A DNA stretch of 15,387 bases from Methanobacterium sp. (GTDB taxonomy: Archaea > Methanobacteriota > Methanobacteria > Methanobacteriales > Methanobacteriaceae), in NCBI GenBank assembly GCA_003166335.1, contig PMWA01000054.1:1602-16988 (forward strand), read 5' to 3'. Below the pieces are notes generated by a model, which saw nothing but the letters and a program-made list of their open reading frames with translations, did not search any database and was not told the origin of the DNA. The position numbers were made by a program, and so were the translations under genes. Positions 8,004 through 15,387 of the stretch are shown here, in pieces (position 1 is the first letter of the stretch; each line of letters starts with the position of its first letter).

Positions 8004-8612
8004 ATGGAATTTTTTAAGTGTATAGATAAAGGACCAGGATTAAAACGTCTATTTATAGGTGGTGTACATGGTAAAGAAGGATTAAGCACCATTAACGCCA
8101 TTAAAAAAATATCTGAAAATGATGTAAAAGACGGTACGTTGGTAATTTATAATTGCGACGAAAGCAGGTATATAAGTACTTTAAATCCCCTATATTATCA
8201 ATCAACAGTGGGTAAAGAGATTTTATATTTAATTAATCATTATCAACCGGATATGTATATAGAACTACACTGCTATAAACCGGAAAGCTATCCTGCTTTA
8301 ACCAGTATAGATCGCATTAAAAGAGTTGGTGTCCCTCCATTAATAGAACTGGAGAAGGGCGTTCTCATTGGTTCAGTATCACCTCAAATAAGAACTAAAA
8401 TCTTTAAAAAAGAAGATATTTGCATCACATTAGAAATGCCATGCTCACCGTCACCAGAGACTTTAAATATATACGTTAATTTTTTGAAAGTACTGGCTAG
8501 TGCAAAAAATAGATTTGATCTAGAAAATAAGGTTACAAAAATTTATCCAGAACAAGTTGAAACTTCTCAAAAATATGCGCATATAATTTTCGGAGAGTAC
8601 CCTCCCTTTTAA
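8004..8612 (+). CDS. DUF2119-like archaeal protein, Zn-carboxypeptidase/deacylase (M14-like) fold
   Basis: LFIGGVHGKEG (HxxE), YIELHCY (third Zn ligand) and TLEMP (candidate catalytic Glu); GGGGGA SD upstream. Confidence 0.75.
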   Translation: MEFFKCIDKGPGLKRLFIGGVHGKEGLSTINAIKKISENDVKDGTLVIYNCDESRYISTLNPLYYQSTVGKEILYLINHYQPDMYIELHCYKPESYPALTSIDRIKRVGVPPLIELEKGVLIGSVSPQIRTKIFKKEDICITLEMPCSPSPETLNIYVNFLKVLASAKNRFDLENKVTKIYPEQVETSQKYAHIIFGEYPPF

Positions 8613-8647
8613 TATTAATTTAAATATTGGAATTTAAACCTCTTTTT

Positions 8648-9643
8648 TTAGAACCATTTCTCTAGGCTGCTTTGACTGTTATCTATTTTTTTAAGTTTAT
8701 AGAGTTTATCTATAGCTGTAACTACCCGATCTTCGCTAAAATCATGTTCTCCAACTAAAAATTCAATCACACCAGACCTATCCGGATTACCCCACTTCAA
8801 CTCATAATCTGATATAAACTCATGTTTCAAGAATATATCCCTTAAACGCTGCGGATCTACTTCTAATTCAACATTCAAATGATCCAGGACTTTAAACAGG
8901 TCACCATATTTCTTAATAAGGTTTAAACCTTTCTTGGCACCTATACCTTTAATTCCATCATTAAAATCCGTACCTACTAGTATAGCTAAATCCACTAATT
9001 GTTCCCTGTTTATATTTAGATCCTTTAAAACTTTTTTAAGTAAGATAAGTTCTAAATTTGCCCTACCACCCGTGATAGTTAAATTTTTAACTGTGCGAGT
9101 GGCTCCAAATAATATGCAGTCATAATCTTGAGATCCCACACACCATGCATCACCTTTTTCGACCATATAAGATGCTTGAGCTTCTCCTTCGCCTTTAGAT
9201 TGTATGTAAGGTATTCCCATAAGATCTAAGAGTATTTTAGATCCTTCCACTACTTCGGCTGACATCCGTGAAGATCTAACTGCATATTTCCGTGCATCCT
9301 CAATTCTACCCTCATCCAAGGCTATTTTCCACTTCTCGTGAGATTCTTTCCTAAATTCACTTCTTTTAATTTGAGTACCTTTTTTAAGGATGCTGGATTT
9401 TCCATCAAAGACATACAATGGTTTAATCCCTTTTTCTATTAATGAAGTGGTACGATATAGAATTCCACTAAAATGAGAGGTTACTTTTCCATTATGATCC
9501 ATGAGGGGAGTTCCATCTGCTTGTCTAATACTTGAGAGAAATTGGTATATTACATTAGCAGCATCTAAAGCCACTATTTTCCCTTTTAAATCCTCAAATT
9601 TTATGGATTCTGGAGTTACAATATCCTTAAACTTCACTCCCAT
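8648..9643 (-). CDS. fen: Flap endonuclease 1
   Basis: MGVKF N-terminus, YQFLSSIRQADG, YVFDG, EGEAQA, SQDYD, LVGTDFN, GIGAKK and C-terminal PIP box QSSLEKWF; SD GGTGA at 9654-9650. Confidence 0.98.
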   Translation of the reverse strand: MGVKFKDIVTPESIKFEDLKGKIVALDAANVIYQFLSSIRQADGTPLMDHNGKVTSHFSGILYRTTSLIEKGIKPLYVFDGKSSILKKGTQIKRSEFRKESHEKWKIALDEGRIEDARKYAVRSSRMSAEVVEGSKILLDLMGIPYIQSKGEGEAQASYMVEKGDAWCVGSQDYDCILFGATRTVKNLTITGGRANLELILLKKVLKDLNINREQLVDLAILVGTDFNDGIKGIGAKKGLNLIKKYGDLFKVLDHLNVELEVDPQRLRDIFLKHEFISDYELKWGNPDRSGVIEFLVGEHDFSEDRVVTAIDKLYKLKKIDNSQSSLEKWF

Positions 9644-9709
9644 AATAATTCACCTAACTTTTTTTTAGTTCCCTAAATAAAATTATTCAATAATTTATAA
9701 TGTTTTTTT

Positions 9710-10243
9710 TTATTTGCGGAATAAACTATAAGGAAAAGTTTCTTTTAACCATATTAAGACTTCATCATGATGAATAATATTGTAAGTCCTATTAAGCATG
9801 AGTGAATTTGTATCAAAGATTTTAGAAAGCTCTGGAGTAGCTTCTTCCACATAGACAGATTTTATTTCCCTGCGAGATTCTATGTTATGTTTCCTGAGAA
9901 TTCTTCCAATGGGAGTGTCAGCTTTGATAAGATCCTCCTTAAATTCATTATCTAATCGTTTTATAGGAACTAATGAAACGGCATATATTAAAGGTTCTTT
10001 GGTTCCGATCACCACTACTCGGTAGTTTACAGTTTCGCCTTCATTTATATCCAAATTATCTGCCATTTCCTTAGTGGCTGGTATAAACTTTTGTGTTAAT
10101 GTATTAATATCCACGTGACCCATTAAAACATCTAATATATTAGTTACAGAGCCATCTGTAATTAAAAGTATTTTCTGTGCACTGGAAAGTTTACCAACAG
10201 TTTTCTCTATATTTTCAAGACTATCAAAAATATTCTGATCCAT
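9710..10243 (-). CDS. Chorismate pyruvate-lyase (UbiC/DUF98, UTRA fold) family protein
   Basis: QKILLITDGSVT, PLIYAVS, DTPIGRILRKHNIESRREI, RTYNII, KETFP. ATG 10243 preferred over TTG 10261 because GGGGATGG lies upstream as an SD. Confidence 0.85.
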   Translation of the reverse strand: MDQNIFDSLENIEKTVGKLSSAQKILLITDGSVTNILDVLMGHVDINTLTQKFIPATKEMADNLDINEGETVNYRVVVIGTKEPLIYAVSLVPIKRLDNEFKEDLIKADTPIGRILRKHNIESRREIKSVYVEEATPELSKIFDTNSLMLNRTYNIIHHDEVLIWLKETFPYSLFRK

Positions 10244-10287
10244 AAAAAATTCCATCCCCAAAGAATTTATTTTCTTTTTTACATATC

Positions 10288-11535
10288 TTATAATTCTCTT
10301 GGATCCTTTATTTCACCCGCTATTGCAGATGCAGCCACCACTGCCGGATTAGCTAAATAAACCTCCGACTTTGGATCACCCATCCGACCCACAAAGTTTC
10401 GGTTGGTTGTTGACACACAAACCTCCCCCTCTCCTAAAACACCCATATGGGCACCTAAACATGGACCACATCCGGGATTGCAAATTATAGCATCTGAATC
10501 AAGGAATATGTCTATTAATCCCAATTTAAGTGCATCATGATAGATCTCTTTTGATGCGGGTACTATTATAAGCCTTACATCTTCATGCACTTTTCTCCCA
10601 TTAAGAACCTGTGCTGCGAGTTTCAAATCTCCTAAACGACCGTTAGTACAGGATCCAATGAAAGCTTGGTCAATGCCTGCACCATTCACTTCAGAAACTG
10701 GATAAACATTATCAACATTGTGAGGACAAGCTATTTGAGGTTCCAATTCATTAACTTCAAAGGAATAATTTTTCTCATAATTCGAATCTTTATCAGAATT
10801 TAATATTTCAAATGATGAAACGTTAAGTTCCTTTAAATAATTTAAGGTGGCTTTATTAGGTTCCATTATCCCATTTTTAGCACCACATTCCACGGCCATA
10901 TTACACATAGTCATCCGGCCAGAAACATCCATATTTTCAATAGTTTCTCCATTAAACTCTAATGCTTTATACGTAGCACCGAAAGAACCTATAGTGCTAA
11001 TTATATTTAAAATAAGATCTTTTGAAGTCACATAACTTTTTAACATGCCATTTACGGTTATTTCATAAGTTTCAGGTATCATAAACCATGTTTTGCCAGT
11101 TGCAAAAACCATGGCCATATCTGTAGCTCCCATACCCGTTGCAAAAGCACCGAATGCACCGTAAGTGCAGGTATGCGAATCAGCACCCACCACCACTGAG
11201 CCTGGTTTAATTAAACCCTTCTCGGGAAGCACCTGATGACATATGCCTTCCCCATGAGCGAAAAATTTTTTTATTCCCTGCGTTTTGACAAATTCTCTAG
11301 TTATCTTCTGGAATTCAGCAGATCCAATATTATTGGCGGGAATATTATGATCAAAGACAATGGCGATCTTATCAGGATCCCAAACCTTATCCGCAATCTT
11401 CCGGAAAGTGTTAATAGTTGGTGGTGAAGTTCCATCATGACTCATGGCTAAATCCACCCGACTTTCAATTATCTCACCAGGATGAACCTCCCGACTACCA
11501 GATGATTTAGCCAGAATTTTTTCAGTGATATTCAT
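10288..11535 (-). CDS. aksD: Methanogen homoaconitase large subunit (LeuC/HacA family)
   Basis: MNITEKIL, GICHQVLPE, GADSHTCTYG, Fe-S cysteines GSCTNGR and CGPCLG, TTNRNFVGRMG; adjacent to aksA. Start at ATG 11535 or 11541. Paralogue LeuC is not fully excluded. Confidence 0.85.
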   Translation of the reverse strand: MNITEKILAKSSGSREVHPGEIIESRVDLAMSHDGTSPPTINTFRKIADKVWDPDKIAIVFDHNIPANNIGSAEFQKITREFVKTQGIKKFFAHGEGICHQVLPEKGLIKPGSVVVGADSHTCTYGAFGAFATGMGATDMAMVFATGKTWFMIPETYEITVNGMLKSYVTSKDLILNIISTIGSFGATYKALEFNGETIENMDVSGRMTMCNMAVECGAKNGIMEPNKATLNYLKELNVSSFEILNSDKDSNYEKNYSFEVNELEPQIACPHNVDNVYPVSEVNGAGIDQAFIGSCTNGRLGDLKLAAQVLNGRKVHEDVRLIIVPASKEIYHDALKLGLIDIFLDSDAIICNPGCGPCLGAHMGVLGEGEVCVSTTNRNFVGRMGDPKSEVYLANPAVVAASAIAGEIKDPREL

Positions 11536-11624
11536 AAACATACATCTCTTCAAATAAAAATAATCATATAAAAATATAAATTTTATTCAAATCTATAATT
11601 TTTTTTAAATAACTCAAACATTTT

Positions 11625-12800
11625 TTATAGGTCAACTGGTCCACGCACTGACATTACAATTTTATTGAACAGAACATCATTAATGTATTTACCCTTCTCC
11701 CTTTGATTTTTAACTTTTTCCACTATTTGACATAACTCGTCTCTGGTTACTTCAATACCACATTCATCAAGCTTAGCTTTAACAGCCCGGCAACCTGAAT
11801 GCTTTCCAAGAACTATTCTTCTTTGATGTCCTATTAATTCTGGAAGAAACGGTTCATATGTTAAAGGTTCCTCTAAAACAGCATCTACATGTATTCCTGA
11901 TTCATGCCTGAAAACATTTCTACCTACAATTGGTTTAGTTTCCGGAATTCTCAGTGAAGTTAACTCCTCAACTAGTTTGGAGAGTTCATAGAAAATTTTA
12001 ATATTGAAACCCAAATCAACATCATAAATTATTTTCAAAGCCATAACTAATTCTTCTAATGAAGTGTTACCTGCACGTTCACCGATTCCATTTACAGTGG
12101 TTGATACACCATTAGCTCCGGCTAAAAGTCCGGAGATTGAATTTGATAAGGCCATTCCGAAGTCATTATGACAATGTAAAGCTATATCTGTATTCAAAGT
12201 AGATCTGAGTTCACTTACTAAGTAATTCATCCCCTGAGGACTTATGGCTCCTACAGTATCAGCTATATGTACTCTATCCACACCATAACTCTCTGCTTTC
12301 TTGTATATCTTCTTTAAAAAGTTTAGGTCTGTTCGGGTGGCATCTTCAGCTGAAAATGCTACAAATAAACCATGATCTTTAGCGTGTTCAATAGATTTCA
12401 TGCATATATTTAAAATTTCTTCCTGACTCATCTTCATTTTATGTTCCAGATGAATTTGTGAAGTACCCATAAAAGTGATTACACCATCAACATCACAATC
12501 AATAGCAGTGTCTATGTCTTCTTTCTTGGTGCGGCACAGTACAAGTATATCTGCATTTAAATCCTCTTTAACAATAGCTTTAATAGATCTTTTCTCTTCA
12601 TTGGAAACTACAGGAAATCCCGCTTCTATCTGATGAATTCCTAATTCATCCAATTTTTTTGCAATCTTCAATTTTTCAGGAGTTCGTAAACATACTCCAG
12701 GGGTTTGCTCACCATCCCTTAAAGTGGTGTCATAAACTGTAATGTTATCAGGGAACTTTAAATCCACTAATTTATTAAATGGGCTTACATAATACTCCAA
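11625..12800 (-). CDS. aksA: Methanogen homocitrate synthase (coenzyme B/biotin 2-oxoacid elongation)
   Basis: DTTLRDGEQTPG, HCHNDFG, GIGERAGN, HESGIH, LGKHSG; 391 aa, lacking the LeuA/CimA regulatory domain; TTG start with SD AGGTGG (12813-12808). Confidence 0.88.
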   Translation of the reverse strand: MEYYVSPFNKLVDLKFPDNITVYDTTLRDGEQTPGVCLRTPEKLKIAKKLDELGIHQIEAGFPVVSNEEKRSIKAIVKEDLNADILVLCRTKKEDIDTAIDCDVDGVITFMGTSQIHLEHKMKMSQEEILNICMKSIEHAKDHGLFVAFSAEDATRTDLNFLKKIYKKAESYGVDRVHIADTVGAISPQGMNYLVSELRSTLNTDIALHCHNDFGMALSNSISGLLAGANGVSTTVNGIGERAGNTSLEELVMALKIIYDVDLGFNIKIFYELSKLVEELTSLRIPETKPIVGRNVFRHESGIHVDAVLEEPLTYEPFLPELIGHQRRIVLGKHSGCRAVKAKLDECGIEVTRDELCQIVEKVKNQREKGKYINDVLFNKIVMSVRGPVDL

Positions 12801-12892
12801 GTAAATTCCACCTTTTAAATTCTATTAAATACTCTGTAATTATTTATTTAATAATAAGCAATCATATAAAAAAATTAAATTCTCTTAAATCC

Positions 12893-13438
12893 TTATTGAG
12901 GTGATGATTCCAGAAGTTCCAGATATGATCTTCTTTCAAATCCATCTGTAACACCTAACTTCAGATATAAACGGAATATTTCATCCAATGACTCTTGGTA
13001 ATCTGCTCCTTCATTAAGATCCTTCTCTATCTCCACAAAATTTCCTACTTCATGAACAGTGTCAAGGGTTATTATATATTCATTAATAGTATAAAAAATT
13101 CTATCCTTTTTCACAGGTCTCACAGGCTTGAATCCAAGTTTTTCAAGGATTAATTTAGTGTTTTCTAAATCTTCTATATTAACCTCGATTTCTTCACGAG
13201 TTTTACTTAATTCATCTAATTTAGCTCCTTTATATGTAAGAATTATTTCAAATCCACCTTTACTTGTTACTTTTCTTATTCTTAATGCTTCATCTGTCTG
13301 GGCAAAGTCGCGGTGAGGAGCATTAAAGTAAATATCCTCTTGATATTCTGTTCTCACTTCTCGAGCACCAATCGAGGATAGTTTAATCTTAATTTCTTTA
13401 AAATCAGTTAAATGTGCTTTAACTTCAACTTCTATCAT
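12893..13438 (-). CDS. cyaB: CYTH-domain protein (class IV adenylate cyclase CyaB-like / triphosphate tunnel metalloenzyme)
   Basis: EVEVK (ExExK), QEDIYF, ALRIR, LTYKG, REEIE, GNFVEIE, RRSYLELL. Confidence 0.9.
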   Translation of the reverse strand: MIEVEVKAHLTDFKEIKIKLSSIGAREVRTEYQEDIYFNAPHRDFAQTDEALRIRKVTSKGGFEIILTYKGAKLDELSKTREEIEVNIEDLENTKLILEKLGFKPVRPVKKDRIFYTINEYIITLDTVHEVGNFVEIEKDLNEGADYQESLDEIFRLYLKLGVTDGFERRSYLELLESSPQ

Positions 13439-13498
13439 AAGAACATAACTTCCTATTAATTAATTATTTTTAATGCTTAATCCGGGGAGTTAATTTAT

Positions 13499-13903
13499 TT
13501 ATCGCACTTTATCTTGGATTTGGTTGCGTATGTAGTTTCGAGAATCATCGATTTGAGTTAAATAATTCTCAATCATGGTTTCAATGATTTCATAGGCAGC
13601 GAGGGTGAGTTTTCTCTCTTTTTTTATAGACTTCCTCTTCTGATAGAGTTTTTCAACCGACATTTTCTTGCCGAATAATCCTTTTTTAAGGGCTAGTTCA
13701 TCGATATTCTGCATCTTCTTAATATAATCCAACCTAATTTTTCTAATATCAGCCCGGAGGTTATACTTGATTTTTTTCAGCACTTCTTCCCGATCAGATA
13801 ATTTATGTAAAGTTTTCATACTCTTCTCTAGAGATGATACGTTTAACTCCATATCTTCAATACCAGTATCATATATCTGTTGTCGGTATGTTTGAGGGTT
13901 CAT
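13499..13903 (-). CDS. Hypothetical basic, all-helical/coiled-coil protein, 134 aa
   Basis: Strong SD GGAGGTGA (13920-13913); intact ORF with K/E/R-rich helical composition. Confidence 0.85.
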   Translation of the reverse strand: MNPQTYRQQIYDTGIEDMELNVSSLEKSMKTLHKLSDREEVLKKIKYNLRADIRKIRLDYIKKMQNIDELALKKGLFGKKMSVEKLYQKRKSIKKERKLTLAAYEIIETMIENYLTQIDDSRNYIRNQIQDKVR

Positions 13904-14213
13904 AAAAAATTCTCACCTCCCCCTTAATTAGAAGATTATTTTTTCTGAAATTTTATTTTGAATAAAAAAATATATTGTAATTATATATTGATATTATAAT
14001 ATACTAGATTTAATTGTTAAACATTAGCTTAAACTATGCATCTTTTTGTTGAATTTAAATAAGTCATGTTCTTTGGTTTAGCTATATTATTTTTACGCTG
14101 ATGAATAGGTTCTATGAAATTTCTAATTAATAATATAAGGTAGAATAAATCTAATTTATTATGTTATAAAAAATATTAAAAAATAATTTGATGTGAACAC
14201 TCTTTGAATATGG

Positions 14214-14225
14214 TTTATATATAAA
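14214..14225. promoter_or_regulatory. Palindromic TATA box candidate TTTATATATAAA in the divergent hypothetical/tbp spacer
   Basis: Reads TTTATATA on both strands; a second candidate, TTATATAA, lies at 14300-14307. Confidence 0.4.
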
Positions 14226-14388
14226 TAAATACATAATTCCAACAAATTCTAGATTTCTATTAAATAACACTTATAAAGGATGATTATAAATTATTTCAAT
14301 TATATAAATAAACAGAATTAAAAATGTCGCATAGCGTGATGGAGTATAATGATTATTATTAATAAATGATTTTTGGAGGATTTGAAAT

Positions 14389-14934
14389 ATGACAGTAGTA
14401 GAAATAAAAGTAGAGAATATTGTGGCTTCTGCAACTCTAGGGAAATCCATTGACCTCCCAAGTGTAGCTCCCGCATTAGAAGGAGTTGAGTATAATCAAG
14501 AAAATTTCCCGGGACTAGTTTACAAGCTCAAAGAACCTAAAACAGCAGCCCTTATATTTGGTTCAGGAAAACTGGTTTGTACTGGTGCTAAATCAATAGA
14601 AGATTCGATTAAAGCCATACACATTGCTGTGGATAATATGAGAACTTTGGATGTTGATATACCTCATGAATTTGAGATTAAGATACAAAATATAGTTGCA
14701 TCGGCAAACTTGGGTAAAACCTTAAACTTGGAAGCCGTGGCTTTGGACCTTGAGAATACAGAGTATGAACCTGAACAATTCCCTGGTCTTGTTTACAGGC
14801 TTGCTGACCCAAAAGTGGTTCTACTTTTATTTGGATCCGGAAAAGTAGTATGCACTGGTGCTAAAAGTTTCGAAGATGCTCAACTTGGTGTGGAAAAAAC
14901 TAAAGAAAGATTGGCTGAACTAGCTCTACTCTAA
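14389..14934 (+). CDS. tbp: TATA-box-binding protein
   Basis: Two direct repeats (ENIVAS...YNQENFPGLVYK...IFGSGKLVCTGAKS and QNIVAS...YEPEQFPGLVYR...LFGSGKVVCTGAKS); SD GGAGG at 14375-14379. Confidence 0.99.
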   Translation: MTVVEIKVENIVASATLGKSIDLPSVAPALEGVEYNQENFPGLVYKLKEPKTAALIFGSGKLVCTGAKSIEDSIKAIHIAVDNMRTLDVDIPHEFEIKIQNIVASANLGKTLNLEAVALDLENTEYEPEQFPGLVYRLADPKVVLLLFGSGKVVCTGAKSFEDAQLGVEKTKERLAELALL

Positions 14935-14978
14935 ATATTTTAATAGTTTCAAATATTTTTAATATAATTGGTGGTTTT

Positions 14979-15387
14979 TTGATTAAACTTATTGCATTTG
15001 ATCTTGATAACGTTCTCTTAGATGGTGAAGCCATAGATGAAATAGGTAAATTAGTGGGTGTTGAAAATGAAATTTCAGCATTAACTGAACAGGCTATGGA
15101 AGGAGATTTAGACTTTGAAACATCACTTAAAAAAAGAGTTAGTTTACTTAAAGGAGCTTCATTAGATGATGTGAAGAAGGTAGTAGATAATATTCCTTTA
15201 ATGGAAGGAGCAGAGGAAACCATTAAAGAACTTAAAAGAAGAGGATATAAAATAGCTACTATCACTGGTAATGTTGAAATTGTTGCCCTGCGTTTAAAGA
15301 ATGAATTGAATTTAGATTACGCATTTTGTAATATACTCCATGAAAAAAATGGTTTACTCACTGGCGAAGTTAGTGGACCCTTGTTAG
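14979..15387 (+). CDS. serB: Phosphoserine phosphatase (HAD family); 3' end runs off the window
   Basis: Manually translated from TTG 14979, downstream of GGTGG: MIKLIAFDLDNVLLDGEAIDEIG...TEQAMEGDLDFETSLKKRVSLLKG...ATITGN...LTGEVSGP; HAD motif I DxD and the SerB cap motif. Confidence 0.93.
   Translation, partial: MIKLIAFDLDNVLLDGEAIDEIGKLVGVENEISALTEQAMEGDLDFETSLKKRVSLLKGASLDDVKKVVDNIPLMEGAEETIKELKRRGYKIATITGNVEIVALRLKNELNLDYAFCNILHEKNGLLTGEVSGPLL

Noticed and set aside
8004..10255. Inverted 13-mer ATGGAATTTTTTA at the starts of the DUF2119-like and chorismate-lyase-like genes
   Set aside because: Low complexity; no transposase, recombinase or target-site duplication, and it encloses core genes.
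8934..13316. Plus-strand ORFs at 8934, 10847, 11236 and 13128
   Set aside because: Antisense shadows of fen, aksD and cyaB.
14324..14362. 12-aa uORF MSHSVMEYNDYY upstream of tbp
   Set aside because: No SD, and the nearest TATA candidate (14300) would put the TSS at or after its ATG.
14900..15265. 121-aa minus-strand ORF
   Set aside because: Antisense shadow of serB.
1..15387. CRISPR arrays, tRNA/rRNA, C/D-box RNAs, IS elements, inteins, Sec/Pyl recoding
   Set aside because: No spaced repeats, GC-rich structured islands, paired C/D boxes, transposase motifs, large insertions or interrupted core frames were seen by eye.

Overview
AT-rich archaeal core-genome segment, most consistent with a Methanobacteriaceae methanogen (Methanobacterium-like; inferred from aksA/aksD, an MraY-like gene, GGTGA/GGAGG SD sites and TATA promoters). 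Gene order: MraY/GT4-like membrane transferase (partial, -, absent from the ORF track), pelota (-), prephenate dehydrogenase (+), Cdc48 (+), a 64-aa membrane protein (+), SAH/SIH hydrolase (+), DUF2119-like Zn hydrolase (+), then a minus-strand run of FEN1, chorismate-lyase-like protein, aksD, aksA, CYTH/CyaB and a coiled-coil hypothetical, then TBP (+) and SerB (partial, +, absent from the ORF track). I see no mobile element, CRISPR array, tRNA or rRNA. Best leads: (1) the TyrA C-terminal extension resembles an Sm-like module plus a PheT-type anticodon-binding (FDX-ACB) domain; (2) cdc48 probably starts at an ATT codon; (3) unannotated small ORFs and operator-like palindromes lie in the cdc48-flanking spacers; (4) aksA and aksD share an upstream 13-mer. 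All calls come from visual motif recognition; no searches were run.
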